Position numbers and translations under genes: made by a program. A DNA stretch of 63,576 nt, counting the filler. It is 5 parts of 5 records of this genome, joined end to end, with 100 filler letters (N's around TTAATTAATTAA, not from the genome) between each part and the next. Parts side by side here need not be neighbours in the genome. Positions count along the whole stretch, not along the records: positions 21,447 to 29,662 come from DRR723986_5097; positions 29,763 to 46,595 come from DRR723986_5105; 3 more parts are not named here. One strand, given 5' to 3'. This document shows positions 29,142 through 39,298 of the stretch, in pieces. Position 1 is the first letter of the stretch. Each line of letters begins with the position of its first letter. Below the pieces are notes generated by a model. The model had not been told where the DNA came from. It worked only from the letters and a program-made list of their open reading frames with translations, and ran no database searches.

Positions 29142-29662
29142 TCAGGCCCAGTCCTGAAAACCGAACATGTCGTAGTCGCGTTGATAGGCGTCTCGCGCCA
29201 AGCTCTCGATCTGGTCGTCGTAGATCTGCGCCAAGGCGAAGGGCGCGCGGGTCGCCACCGGCTGCGGATCGGGCGGCGCTTCGTGCCCGGCCTGCATGGC
29301 CAGCGCGGGCAGATACATCGCCATCTCATCCTCGCGCACCACCATGTCGGGCAGCGTGTAGTCGGCCATGCCCTGAATGCACTGCGTCTGCGTCGCCCAA
29401 TGGCCATCCACCCGCACCGCCGTCTGGCCCGACAGGTTGGCCTTCACGAAGGCCAGCCACGCGGTAAAGGCCTCGCGGTGCGCCGCCTCGTCGTAATCCG
29501 GGCCCGGTTCATCCTCGGGGATCGGCAGGGCATGGGCGCGGCGCAGGGTCTTGCGGATGCCCTTGAAGCTGCCCTTGCCGGTGGTCAGGATCTTAGAACA
29601 AAAGGCCTCGTGCGCGCGGGCAAGCGGGTGCCGGATCACGGTGAAACTGCGGTGCCCGGGCC
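29142..29662 (-). CDS. C-terminal part of a sulfotransferase-like (NodH-annotated) protein, 5' truncated
   Basis: FTVIRHP..R PAPS-binding-like motif, D.HW.TQ, Y.RDY..FGF; convergent on ptsN. Confidence 0.65.
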
Positions 29663-29762
29663 NNNNNNNNNNNNNNNNNNNNNNNNNNNNNNNNNNNNNN
29701 NNNNNNTTAATTAATTAANNNNNNNNNNNNNNNNNNNNNNNNNNNNNNNNNNNNNNNNNNNN
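29663..29762. other. Artificial contig spacer
   Basis: N-run + TTAATTAATTAA + N-run. Confidence 0.99.
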
Positions 29763-29792
29763 GCCAATGGACCGCTTCGCCAATGGACCGCT
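29763..29792. repeat. Tandem repeat (16-bp period) at contig start
   Basis: GCCAATGGACCGCT at 29763 and 29779. Confidence 0.7.
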
Positions 29793-29894
29793 GAGATCAA
29801 AGCCAGAAGATGCTTTAGCTAGCATTGCGGCCCAGGTGCATCGGCTGGCGATGCAGAAAGAATTCGGACCTAGGGAGCCCGACGCATTCATACT

Positions 29895-30113
29895 TCAGTC
29901 GACGCTTACTGAATTAACAATGTGCAGGCCAGTACCAGCGCGTCGCACCGTCTCTTGTGCCATCTGCTTGGCATAAAAAGTCCGAACCTTGCCATGCAAG
30001 TGTAGGCGTTCGCCGTCCTGTTCGACGCGAATCCTACGGATCTCAGCAAGAGGACTCTCGGCCAAGAGGTGTCGAATGCGACCTGTTATGTCGCGAAAAC
30101 CTGAGTCGATCAT
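29895..30113 (-). CDS. Small BON-domain protein (planctomycete type)
   Basis: L.G.V.TFY.KQ.AQE.V...IVN.V.V pattern; start ATG 30113 or 30122. Confidence 0.75.
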   Translation of the reverse strand: MIDSGFRDITGRIRHLLAESPLAEIRRIRVEQDGERLHLHGKVRTFYAKQMAQETVRRAGTGLHIVNSVSVD

Positions 30114-30418
30114 ATCGCCCATCCTTAGCGGACTGCCGCCAGTATTCTCAAAGAAACTGCTTCGCCGAGTTTGGGTAAATCCATTAAGCACAGCAAACAA
30201 GAGGTCGTGACCCAAACTCTCCCAAACCAGTATGCCGTTTTTAGTTCGCTAGTCAATCGGATTCTCACAATCATCACAATCCGAACAAACGGACAAGACG
30301 AACTCCATATTCAAATTGCAGTGCTCAATGTCAACTGCCGCAGCCCAACCAGTAACGTAGCTTCAAGTACTTAAAACTATACCCGCAGGCGCCCCTGCTG
30401 CTCGAAAGTGTTCGAAAT

Positions 30419-31966
30419 ATGTTAATAGAAGTACTCTTTACGCTCGCCGGTGTAATCGCTGGCGTAGTAATTGTTGCTTCACTCATGCAACACCAGGATC
30501 GAAAGGCTCAGTTCTCTGCGCAGAAGGAAGAGCCGCTCGATACCAGCAAGATCCAGGGCATCGCAGAGCAACTGTCGGTCATTTCGAAGAAGGTTGCGGC
30601 GAACGTCTCGGCTCATAGTGAGAAAGTTGGCCAGTTCAGCGGGCAACTCAATGACGATGATACCCCGGAACAATTGCTGACCACGATCAACGAGATCATC
30701 TCGGTCAACCAGGCTATGCAGTCGCAGTTGGCCGACGCTCAGGAACGGATTGACCAGCAGTCGACGATGATCGAGCAAGCTAGCAAACAAGCGCGCACCG
30801 ATGCGTTGACTGGTTTAGCCAACCGTCGCGCTCTGGATGAATTCCTGAGCAACAGTCTCGATTCTGCTCCGGCAGACGAGAAAACGGCGCTAATGCTGCT
30901 CGACATCGACCACTTCAAGAAGTTCAACGATAGCTTTGGTCACACGACCGGTGATGCTGTCCTAGCCGCATTTGCTCGCGCCATCACTGATATCAGCGAC
31001 TCAGCATGCTACCCAGCTCGATTTGGTGGCGAAGAGTTCGCGGTGATCATCAGCGGAACCAGCATTCTCGATCTAGTTGACCAAGCAGCCAAAATCCGGC
31101 ACTTCGTAAGCGAACAAGTGATCAGCTACGATGATATGCAGCTAAAGATCACCGCCAGCGGTGGTCTGTGCCTGCTTGAAGCAGGTGACGATATTTCGGC
31201 CGCTTATGAACGAGCCGACCAGGGTTTGTACAAGTCCAAGGAATCAGGTCGAAACTGCGGACACTGGCTCGATGGCTCCAACTGGAAGCCCTTCCCGGAC
31301 CCAACTCCGCCCGAAAGCGAAGAAGAAGACGGACAGCAGGCTAGCGTTAGCGCTGAAAAGGCTCCTGCATCAAAAGAGGCTGGCGATACGCTCGAAGCCA
31401 TCATGTCTGGCTTCTCCAATGACGCTGCGGCCGAGTTGGCAAACGACGGCCCAAGCGATGATGATGCGAGTGACGAGGAAGCAGAGATCTGGGATCTTGC
31501 AACCTTCATGACGCACGTCGAAGCGAAGACGCAACAGCTTCGTCGTGGCGGCCATGGCGCAACAGCACTCATGGTGGAAGCGGTCGGACTCAGCGATGCC
31601 GATCCTGCCGAAGCAGCGACGGCTTGGGAGCACACAATGACGCTCATCCAAATCAATCTGCGCGGACTGGACCTCGCTTGCACCTACCGACCGTACGCAC
31701 TGGCGATTTTCTTGCCCAGCACGTCATACGAAAAAGCATTCGAACAAGCGAGTGTTATCCACAGCAGCTTGCCGAAGGCCAAAGCCGAATGGCCAGAGTA
31801 TGTTGCGCCAGATCGGTTTGCAGTCAGCATTGCAACGCTGGACGATACCGAACAGCCTCAGGAGTTCCTCAACCGGCTTGAAACCGCGCTCAATGAAGCC
31901 GTGTCCAGCGACTCGGACCAAGCATACGTGCACACCGGCGAAAGCTGTGAACCTCAACCGTTCTAG
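30419..31966 (+). CDS. Membrane-anchored diguanylate cyclase with second degenerate GGDEF domain
   Basis: TM, coiled coil, D.LTGLANRR, DIDHFK.FND.FGH..GD, RFGGEEF; C-terminal GGDEF-like fold with RGLD. Confidence 0.9.
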   Translation: MLIEVLFTLAGVIAGVVIVASLMQHQDRKAQFSAQKEEPLDTSKIQGIAEQLSVISKKVAANVSAHSEKVGQFSGQLNDDDTPEQLLTTINEIISVNQAMQSQLADAQERIDQQSTMIEQASKQARTDALTGLANRRALDEFLSNSLDSAPADEKTALMLLDIDHFKKFNDSFGHTTGDAVLAAFARAITDISDSACYPARFGGEEFAVIISGTSILDLVDQAAKIRHFVSEQVISYDDMQLKITASGGLCLLEAGDDISAAYERADQGLYKSKESGRNCGHWLDGSNWKPFPDPTPPESEEEDGQQASVSAEKAPASKEAGDTLEAIMSGFSNDAAAELANDGPSDDDASDEEAEIWDLATFMTHVEAKTQQLRRGGHGATALMVEAVGLSDADPAEAATAWEHTMTLIQINLRGLDLACTYRPYALAIFLPSTSYEKAFEQASVIHSSLPKAKAEWPEYVAPDRFAVSIATLDDTEQPQEFLNRLETALNEAVSSDSDQAYVHTGESCEPQPF

Positions 31967-32711
31967 CACAAACGTCAACTTCAATCTTCGATTGCGCCGC
32001 CGGCTCACCGGCTCAGCCGCACAAGTCCGTTCGCTAACCGGCGACCGACGAGTGCTGCTTGAAGCGTAACTCTTTGCATCGACTCACTGGCTGCAAAGGG
32101 GTGCACCGCCAGGATCGCAGTGGCTTGTTTCTTAGCTAGCAAAAGCAGCTTTTTTGCGGCTCTGCGAAAACGCGTAGACCTTTCTGCAAATGCACTTGAC
32201 CAGACAACCCCCTGGAACATAACCTCCCACTCATCAGTTGGAGAGGCCAACTGGCTTGTAACAGCGGGACGCATTCAGTGAAACATTCTGGCGTCCAGAG
32301 AACAAAAAAACCGGTCTTGCACACGGAAGTCAGATTCGGTTAATCTCCTGGAAACAGCGAACGGAGAAGAGAGCAGCAGGACGCAGCTCACTACTTCACC
32401 TCAACCTTACATTGCTCCCGGATTTGTATAGCTCGCAGTCCTCCGCCCCCCTGGGACTCGTTCACAATCCGGGAGCTTTTTTTGCGCGCACTTCAATGCT
32501 AGCATTGCACTGAACCTGTGGCACAGAACTCGTAAGCGTTCCTCTCTCAAGCCGCCCGAATGGAACCTCAACCCGCAAACTCTTCGCGAGCCGTCTAGCA
32601 CGCACGTTCGCAGCTAGGTTCAACTGAAGTTACCGGCTGGAACGATCTTTCCCTTTGTATGCCTCCGTTCAATTGTGATGGCAATGCTATCAATGCAGGG
32701 AAACGTAAAGC

Positions 32712-34124
32712 ATGGTCCAATTGCAAATCAAAAGAATCCTCTGCGTTGTCGTTAGCTGCGTCCTCACACCGAATGCGCACGGGCAACTAGACGCGAAGCC
32801 CGCGGCCGATCGGACGCTGCAACTTAGGAGCCTAAAACGATCCACTGGCTTGCTAAGCCCAACCCGGTTTCAACGTACGGTTAGCGAACAACCTCCGACG
32901 GTAGAAACTGCTCCTGTGCAAGTAGAAAGCTCTCGGCTAGATCGCACGCAGATAGAACGCCCGCAAGTAGAACGACCTGTCGAGAAGCGCACGATCCGAC
33001 TGACATCCTCGTCCAGTCGTTCATCGGCGCAGTTTCTGAACACTCAACCGGCAATCTCCAATAGCTACCAAGTGATTCGCCTGGACGGGCCAGCCGTAGC
33101 CTGTGCCGCAGCCCAGAACTGGAGCCCGTCAAAGGCCCTACGCGCCCGCGGCAGGACGATTGTGCGACTGTACTGCGATGAAGACGACTGCTCGAGAAAA
33201 GCCGCCCACGCCCTGGCCCGATTCCTGAATATGCAAGCGGCCCAACAGGACGACACGGGAGCGGCGACCGCGCTGCGAGCCTACTACGCGCGTATCGGTC
33301 TCGCCCAGCAAGCTTCGCTGACTCGCAAGGGCCTGGATCTGATCACCGAACAGCAAACTGCCCAACGAGCACTGGCAGCCGGCGGAATCGCCTCAGGTAT
33401 CGACACTACCGCCCTGGATCGACGACTCATCCAACTGCAGGATAATTCTGCCCAAGTTGATTCGAAGGACAAGCAACTCGACACGCTGCTCCAGCACATT
33501 GCTGGCACGACGTTCACAGCCGACCAACCTGGCGTCGAGGCGCTGGAGATTTGGCGGCAAACTCTGGGCTGCGATTCTCTAGTCGGTTTCGCGCATAGCA
33601 ATCGGCAGGACCTCTTGGCGTGGATCTATCTCCGCAGCCAAATCAATTCGGAAACCGCTCCGGTGATCGCCAAGATGTTCACCACAGCCACTGGCGGGTT
33701 TTCGCTCCCACTGCCACCAGTTGGACCGCTGGAGAAGTTGTTCTGCGGTGACGACTATGAAGCATTGGCGGCTAGCATGCGTTCGGAGATGTCCTGCGTC
33801 ATCGCGGCTCAACGAGACTGGATCACCAAGACCGTTAGTGAAAAATGCCACGAGCTAGAGCTTGCGTACACTCGGCACGAACTGTCACTTCGCATGGTTG
33901 AAAGCTGGCTGGGACGGCTTAAGCAGCTCGAACAAATGGCTGCCCAAGGGCAATCGAAACCGCAAAGCGTCGCTGAAGCTGAAGCGGGACTGCTGGCCGC
34001 ACAAGTCGAAGAAGTCGCCAGACGAATGGAGGCCAAGACGGCCGAAGTCGACTTGGCGGAGGCCACTGGAGGATTAGCATGCCGCTGTTGCGCTGGCTCC
34101 CCCTGGTTGGTCACCGGTCTATGA
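32712..34124 (+). CDS. Secreted helical protein, probable divergent TolC/outer-membrane efflux protein
   Basis: Signal peptide; two helical repeats ending ...L..IAG and AEV.L.EATG, as in OEP proteins; convergent on the DevC genes. Confidence 0.55.
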   Translation: MVQLQIKRILCVVVSCVLTPNAHGQLDAKPAADRTLQLRSLKRSTGLLSPTRFQRTVSEQPPTVETAPVQVESSRLDRTQIERPQVERPVEKRTIRLTSSSSRSSAQFLNTQPAISNSYQVIRLDGPAVACAAAQNWSPSKALRARGRTIVRLYCDEDDCSRKAAHALARFLNMQAAQQDDTGAATALRAYYARIGLAQQASLTRKGLDLITEQQTAQRALAAGGIASGIDTTALDRRLIQLQDNSAQVDSKDKQLDTLLQHIAGTTFTADQPGVEALEIWRQTLGCDSLVGFAHSNRQDLLAWIYLRSQINSETAPVIAKMFTTATGGFSLPLPPVGPLEKLFCGDDYEALAASMRSEMSCVIAAQRDWITKTVSEKCHELELAYTRHELSLRMVESWLGRLKQLEQMAAQGQSKPQSVAEAEAGLLAAQVEEVARRMEAKTAEVDLAEATGGLACRCCAGSPWLVTGL

Positions 34125-34143
34125 CCCAGCGGGCTCCAACAGC

Positions 34144-35325
34144 CTAAAACAGACTGGCAGGGTCGGAGTTAAACAGCTTGCGTATCGCGAGACTACCGCT
34201 GATGGCGCACATGAGCAGTGTCAGCACCCAGACGACAAGCACTCGTCCCCAAGTCATGATCATGAGCAGCCCGCTGAAATAGGCGAGCAACTGATACAGG
34301 CCAAGGGCAACCAAGAATCCAGGCAAGAAGCCCAGGCACGCCAGGTAAAACGACTGCCACAGAACGATGCTCCAGAAATATCCCGGCCCATACCCCATGG
34401 CCTTCAGCGTGGCGAATTCAGGCATGTGCTCGCTGATATCCGTAAACTGAATCTGGTAGCAAATAATTGCACCGACAAACAACCCCATGATCGTACCGAT
34501 CAAAAAGATCTTCCCGATGGGAGTCTTTGTCGCCCAAAACGCTCGCTCTTTTTCAATCAATTCGGCCGTTGGAAGTGCGACAATCTGATTCGGCGCAAGA
34601 GACTGGACCGCGCTGGCGACCAAGTTGACATCAACGCCATCGGCCACACTCAAAAGGGCGATATCCACCGCGTCGAGAGGATTGCCGGTTTCGCTTCGCC
34701 ATGGAAAGTAGTCTGCAAGAGTGTCTTCCGACATAAGCAACGTTCCATCGTTGCCAAAATCTGTTCCAAGTGCGAAATGACCTTCCAGCGAGAGTTGCTT
34801 CCCATTCAGCTCTGCCGACTGGTCTCTTAGCCCGGCTGCATCCCGAGCGAACCGGTAGTTTGACTTACTGCGAGAATCAACGAGCGCACCACTTTGCACC
34901 TGTGCTTGGACTAATTCCTGATAAACGTCAGGTTCCCGGAAGAACGGCTCCGCAGTATCTGACAACTGCAGTCCAAGGACACGGATTGGCCTGCCGCGCT
35001 GGCCATCGATAGCGATGCTGGCCGCCCCGCGTTCAAGACTTACCGTCATCGCGTTGCGGACGCCTTCCACCGACATCGCCACATCGACAATGTCTCGCGA
35101 AAACCGCTTCTCCGTGGCGACGTTGTATCTCGCACGACTGATGATCGCAATCTTCGCTTCCGAGAGATCGAACAGAGAGAACAACTGCACGTTGTTGTCG
35201 ATCAATGCGTACCGAAACCCGATTTGCATGAACATCAAAACGACGGCAAAACCAACACCGATCGCCGCCAGGACGCATTTGCCCAAGCTGCTCGTTAGGT
35301 TTTTCCAAGCAAGCGGAGTTCTCAT
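34144..35325 (-). CDS. devC: ABC exporter permease, DevC family (copy 2)
   Basis: MRTPLAW.NL, GVGFAV.LMFMQ.GF, PIG.IF..G, EFATLKAMGY, IRKL..DPA.LF; ATG 35325. Confidence 0.88.
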   Translation of the reverse strand: MRTPLAWKNLTSSLGKCVLAAIGVGFAVVLMFMQIGFRYALIDNNVQLFSLFDLSEAKIAIISRARYNVATEKRFSRDIVDVAMSVEGVRNAMTVSLERGAASIAIDGQRGRPIRVLGLQLSDTAEPFFREPDVYQELVQAQVQSGALVDSRSKSNYRFARDAAGLRDQSAELNGKQLSLEGHFALGTDFGNDGTLLMSEDTLADYFPWRSETGNPLDAVDIALLSVADGVDVNLVASAVQSLAPNQIVALPTAELIEKERAFWATKTPIGKIFLIGTIMGLFVGAIICYQIQFTDISEHMPEFATLKAMGYGPGYFWSIVLWQSFYLACLGFLPGFLVALGLYQLLAYFSGLLMIMTWGRVLVVWVLTLLMCAISGSLAIRKLFNSDPASLF

Positions 35326-35374
35326 CTTAAGATCACTCCAGCCGATTTTGATTCTAATTTCACGATTGGTCGCC

Positions 35375-36634
35375 CTAGAAGAGATTCGCTGGTTCAGCTT
35401 TCCAGAGCTTTCGCAGTGCCAACAACCCACTGACACAGCACATGACAACCCCCAGCAGCGCGACAACAACAACCCGAATCGGAGTCATCTCAAGGGGAAT
35501 TGCTGAGAACGCTGTTGTCGCCCGATAGAGCCCTTCAGCCGAGGCCCAAGCCAGAGCAAATCCCAACCCACAAAGTGTTAACGCCTGTGTCATCACAATG
35601 CTGGCCAAGTAAAAGCGGGAATACCCCATCGCCAAAAGTGTCGCATACTCGGGCAAACGATTCGCCACATCAGTGCTGAGAATCATGTAAACAATCGCGG
35701 CCCCAACGAGCAAAGACAGAACAACGCCCAGTTGAAAAATCAAGCCAATGGGCGTCTGCCACAGCCATCTGGCACGTTCAAAATCCAGGGCCTCCTGTTT
35801 CGTCAACACGTCGGCCGCGTAACCGCCATCGGTCTCCAAAATGTCTCGCACTGCCGCGATCGCCTTAGCTTGTCCGGCGGCACTTTTGCTGACACTTGCA
35901 TCGGCATTGGCACCATCATCTGCCAGGCTGATCAGCCCCAGCGACGCATGTTCGCGGACGTTCCATGGAAAGACACGCTGAAAGCCTGCGGGACTAGTAA
36001 GCATCGCTCCGTTTGCTGCCAACCCCGTTCCGAGTTCATATAGCCCCGCAATTCGAAAGCGACTTCCACCGATTTCAGTATCACGTCCAATATCGTCTGC
36101 GGTGAAACGCTTTGCATTTCGCGGTCCGTAGTCGGCTTGTGTGCTGTCGTCGACCATCATCAGATCACTGCTAGACAACTCTGCCAGTTTGCCATTGAGT
36201 GACGCTTTGACAAATGGACGGTCCACGGCATGCCCAGACATGACCGCGACGGGCAAGTAAACACTCTCCGCGTCACCACGTGCTGCGGCATCGCTTACAA
36301 CCACAGCGTCTGCCGTTTTTGCAGTGGGCATGGTTCGCCACTGCTGAACCGTCACCCAGAAAGGCCGCACCCGCTCAACACCAGGGACAGACTCAACTCT
36401 GGTCAACAGGTCGCTGCGAACTGTTCCAGCTTCATAAAACTGTTCGTAGCTTCGAGAGCGAACGATCAGGTCAAAGTCTAGATTCCCGATAACGTTTGTC
36501 GCTGTGTGCGAAACGGCCCCTTGGAACCCCAATTGCATGAAGACCAGCAGCAACGCGAAGGCTACGCCGACGATATTAACGATCGTCTTCGCACCTTGGT
36601 GCCATAAATTCAGAAGGGCTAGAGGGGTCTTCAT
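35375..36634 (-). CDS. devC: ABC exporter permease, DevC family (copy 1)
   Basis: MKTPLA.LNL, GVAFA.LL.FMQLGF, EYATL.AMGY, LRKL..AEPA.LF. Confidence 0.88.
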   Translation of the reverse strand: MKTPLALLNLWHQGAKTIVNIVGVAFALLLVFMQLGFQGAVSHTATNVIGNLDFDLIVRSRSYEQFYEAGTVRSDLLTRVESVPGVERVRPFWVTVQQWRTMPTAKTADAVVVSDAAARGDAESVYLPVAVMSGHAVDRPFVKASLNGKLAELSSSDLMMVDDSTQADYGPRNAKRFTADDIGRDTEIGGSRFRIAGLYELGTGLAANGAMLTSPAGFQRVFPWNVREHASLGLISLADDGANADASVSKSAAGQAKAIAAVRDILETDGGYAADVLTKQEALDFERARWLWQTPIGLIFQLGVVLSLLVGAAIVYMILSTDVANRLPEYATLLAMGYSRFYLASIVMTQALTLCGLGFALAWASAEGLYRATTAFSAIPLEMTPIRVVVVALLGVVMCCVSGLLALRKLWKAEPANLF

Positions 36635-36675
36635 GCCGGCGTGTGTGCTTTCTCATGGTGGGGCTGTCCCCAACC

Positions 36676-37830
36676 TCATTCAAGCTCGATTTCAACCTTA
36701 ACTTGCAACTGCAACCAGGACGCAGCCCGTTTGCTGGAGGCTTTATCGAGCTGGACAACCGCCGTGATGGTTCGGTAATCGACCCGTGCCAGCGGATCGA
36801 GCTGCCGCAATTGTGGCTTGCCGACCAGGGCATACTTCTTGATGACCTGCCCTTGCATTGGTTCTTCGAACGCGCGGCTTGTTATCTTGGCAGTCTGGCC
36901 TACCTCCACAAGTGCGGCGTCTTGTTCGTTTATCTCGACCTCGCAAACCATTTGCGAGACATTGGCCATCTCGATCAGAGGAAAGGCCGACGTTGCTTCT
37001 CCGGGACTGACGCGTACGGAGAGAATCTTTCCTTCCGTTGGTGCTTTCACCTTAGCCGCCACCGACTTCTTGTTCAGTGCCTCGAGCTCTTTCTGAATCG
37101 CAACCGCAGCTTCACTCTGCAAGGCTGCCGAGAGCGCAAGCTTCGCATTCTCAACATCAACTTCGGCTGCTTGAACCGCAAACCTTGCATCCTTGAGCGC
37201 ACGACGGTGTTCTTCTTTACGGGTCAACTGGGCGAGCCTAGCTTCACCGACTTTGAGCTCTTGTTGCTCGACCTCCAACTGCCCAATAAATTCTCGCGTG
37301 ACGTCGTTGGCAGCAAGTCGCTTTAGTTTTTCCGACATGGCCGCCCCAGCCTCGACCTGCTGTTCGGCTACATCCAACAATTTTTGGCCGCCTGACACAC
37401 TCTCGAAGACCGCTTTTGCGCGTTCCAGTTGAAGCCCCGCTGCATTGACCTGCAATTCTGCAGCAGCGACCGCCTGCTCTCGAGCAAGTACAGCCTGCTC
37501 GTATCGAAACTTAACCGCTTCGATCTGACTGGCCAGGACTTCTTCACTACGCATGTTGATCAGTAGGTCTCCCGCCGTGACGTTCTGTCCAGGTTCGACG
37601 TGAACCTTGGAAACAATGTCTCCTGGAGCGGCCGCCAGGCGCACAATACCGCCGTCGGGCAAGAGCTGGCCCTGAGCAATAACGCGTGACTTGTTTACAC
37701 GCACATCGCCGCCAGACGTTCCCGTCGGAGTCGACTGTGAGCACGCGGAGAATAGACAGATGATTAGACCAAGGACCGGCAGCCTGACTGCGGCGGTCTG
37801 GTCAACTAAGTAGTGGGGGCGAAATGTCAC
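36676..37830 (-). CDS. devB: Membrane fusion protein, DevB/HlyD family, probable lipoprotein
   Basis: FSAC lipobox-like signal, A.G.L.P...V..G..V..G lipoyl half, long coiled coil, APTEG.I, D.R...VV.LD. Confidence 0.85.
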   Translation of the reverse strand: MTFRPHYLVDQTAAVRLPVLGLIICLFSACSQSTPTGTSGGDVRVNKSRVIAQGQLLPDGGIVRLAAAPGDIVSKVHVEPGQNVTAGDLLINMRSEEVLASQIEAVKFRYEQAVLAREQAVAAAELQVNAAGLQLERAKAVFESVSGGQKLLDVAEQQVEAGAAMSEKLKRLAANDVTREFIGQLEVEQQELKVGEARLAQLTRKEEHRRALKDARFAVQAAEVDVENAKLALSAALQSEAAVAIQKELEALNKKSVAAKVKAPTEGKILSVRVSPGEATSAFPLIEMANVSQMVCEVEINEQDAALVEVGQTAKITSRAFEEPMQGQVIKKYALVGKPQLRQLDPLARVDYRTITAVVQLDKASSKRAASWLQLQVKVEIELE

Positions 37831-38113
37831 ACCGTTTTCCCGGCAAAGTAGCAGTTCGGAAGCAGCAGACGAGATTCAATCCGATCCGCTGTACGAAACG
37901 AGACCTGAAAACAAAGCTCGTCGAAGTATAGTCTACGTTTAACCGAGAGAGGGTCAGAAGGCTTGCCCACAAGTGAAACCACAGGTTGATTCCACGTGCT
38001 AAGCTTCGTTGAATCAGCGAGATGGATGCCCTCAATGCCGCTCATCGCAGTTGTGCGGGTTATGATGGATCGAGCACCCTCGCCTCCGAGAAACCAAACA
38101 ACAAATCAGCAGT

Positions 38114-39268
38114 ATGTCCGAGCCCCCGTCCCACCCCTCTGCAGTTCGCTATGACCCTCAATGGCGAAAGCGAATCTCCGAAGGAGAGAGTCCAGCCATC
38201 TCGGCGCGGGAACTCCAGCATTACTACGGCGCTGGCGAGCTGCGTAAACAAGTCTTGTTTGACAATACGCTGGAAATCTACCCCGGCGAGATCATCATCA
38301 TGACTGGGCCCAGTGGCTCGGGCAAAACGACCCTGCTAACGCTGATCGGCACCCTTCGCCGCGTTCAAGAGGGCCAGCTAAACGTCCTTGGCCGACCTCT
38401 GCATGAAGCAACCAGTTCAGATCTGCTTCAGATTCGTCGTGAGATAGGGTTTATCTTCCAGGCTCACAACTTGTTCGACTCACTCAGTGCGACACAAAAT
38501 GTCCGCATGGCTCTCGAACTAGCCGATCCATCGGGCAGCCGAAAAGAACAGACGAAGCTATCACGTGAGATGCTCGACCAAGTGGAACTTGGCCACCGCA
38601 CCGACCACCTACCCAAGCAGCTATCCGGAGGCCAGAAGCAACGCGTTGCTATTGCGCGGGGCTTGGTGCATCGCCCACGTCTTGTTTTGGCCGACGAACC
38701 CACTGCGGCGCTCGACGAAAAGAGCGGTCGAACCGTCGTCAATCTTTTTCGTAAGATGGCCCAAGAAGACAAAGTCACCATCATCATCGTGACTCACGAC
38801 AATCGCATCTTGGACGTTGCTGACCGGATCGTCAACTTGGTCGACGGCCGGATCCGGAGTGATGTTTTGGTGCAAGAAGCTGCAATTGTGAGTCAGATGC
38901 TGATGCGATGCGACGTCTTCAAACATCTCACGCCGCGTAGCTTGGCCGGCATGGCGGACCATCTTCATTCCGAACAATTCGCAGCCGGCAAACAGATTAT
39001 CGCCGAAGGTGATTCTGGTGACAAATTCTATCTCCTTCGCGATGGAGCCGTTGACGTTCTGCGAGGCGGTGACAAAGTGGCAACCCTCGGCGAAGGCGAC
39101 TTCTTCGGAGAGATGGCTTTGTTAACTGGGCAACCGCGTAACGCCAGCGTTATCGCTACCGAAGACACTGTCTTGTACTCCCTCAGCCAAGAACAATTCC
39201 GAACGGCCATCTCGGAACAAGCCTCGTTTGAAGCCGAGATTCGCACGAGCCTGTTCGATCGTCAGTAG
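38114..39268 (+). CDS. devA: DevA-type ABC ATPase fused to a C-terminal cyclic-nucleotide-binding domain
   Basis: YG.GELRKQVLFD, GPSGSGKT, LSGGQKQR, ADEPT, VTHD; then I.EGD.GD.FY...G and FFGEMALL..PRNASV. Confidence 0.9.
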   Translation: MSEPPSHPSAVRYDPQWRKRISEGESPAISARELQHYYGAGELRKQVLFDNTLEIYPGEIIIMTGPSGSGKTTLLTLIGTLRRVQEGQLNVLGRPLHEATSSDLLQIRREIGFIFQAHNLFDSLSATQNVRMALELADPSGSRKEQTKLSREMLDQVELGHRTDHLPKQLSGGQKQRVAIARGLVHRPRLVLADEPTAALDEKSGRTVVNLFRKMAQEDKVTIIIVTHDNRILDVADRIVNLVDGRIRSDVLVQEAAIVSQMLMRCDVFKHLTPRSLAGMADHLHSEQFAAGKQIIAEGDSGDKFYLLRDGAVDVLRGGDKVATLGEGDFFGEMALLTGQPRNASVIATEDTVLYSLSQEQFRTAISEQASFEAEIRTSLFDRQ

Positions 39269-39298
39269 CAAGTAGACAGCGTCCTTACTAGCCCCGCA

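Noticed and set aside
29763-29792. Repeat at the contig edge as a CRISPR remnant
   Set aside because: 14-bp unit with a 2-bp gap, no spacers and no cas genes.
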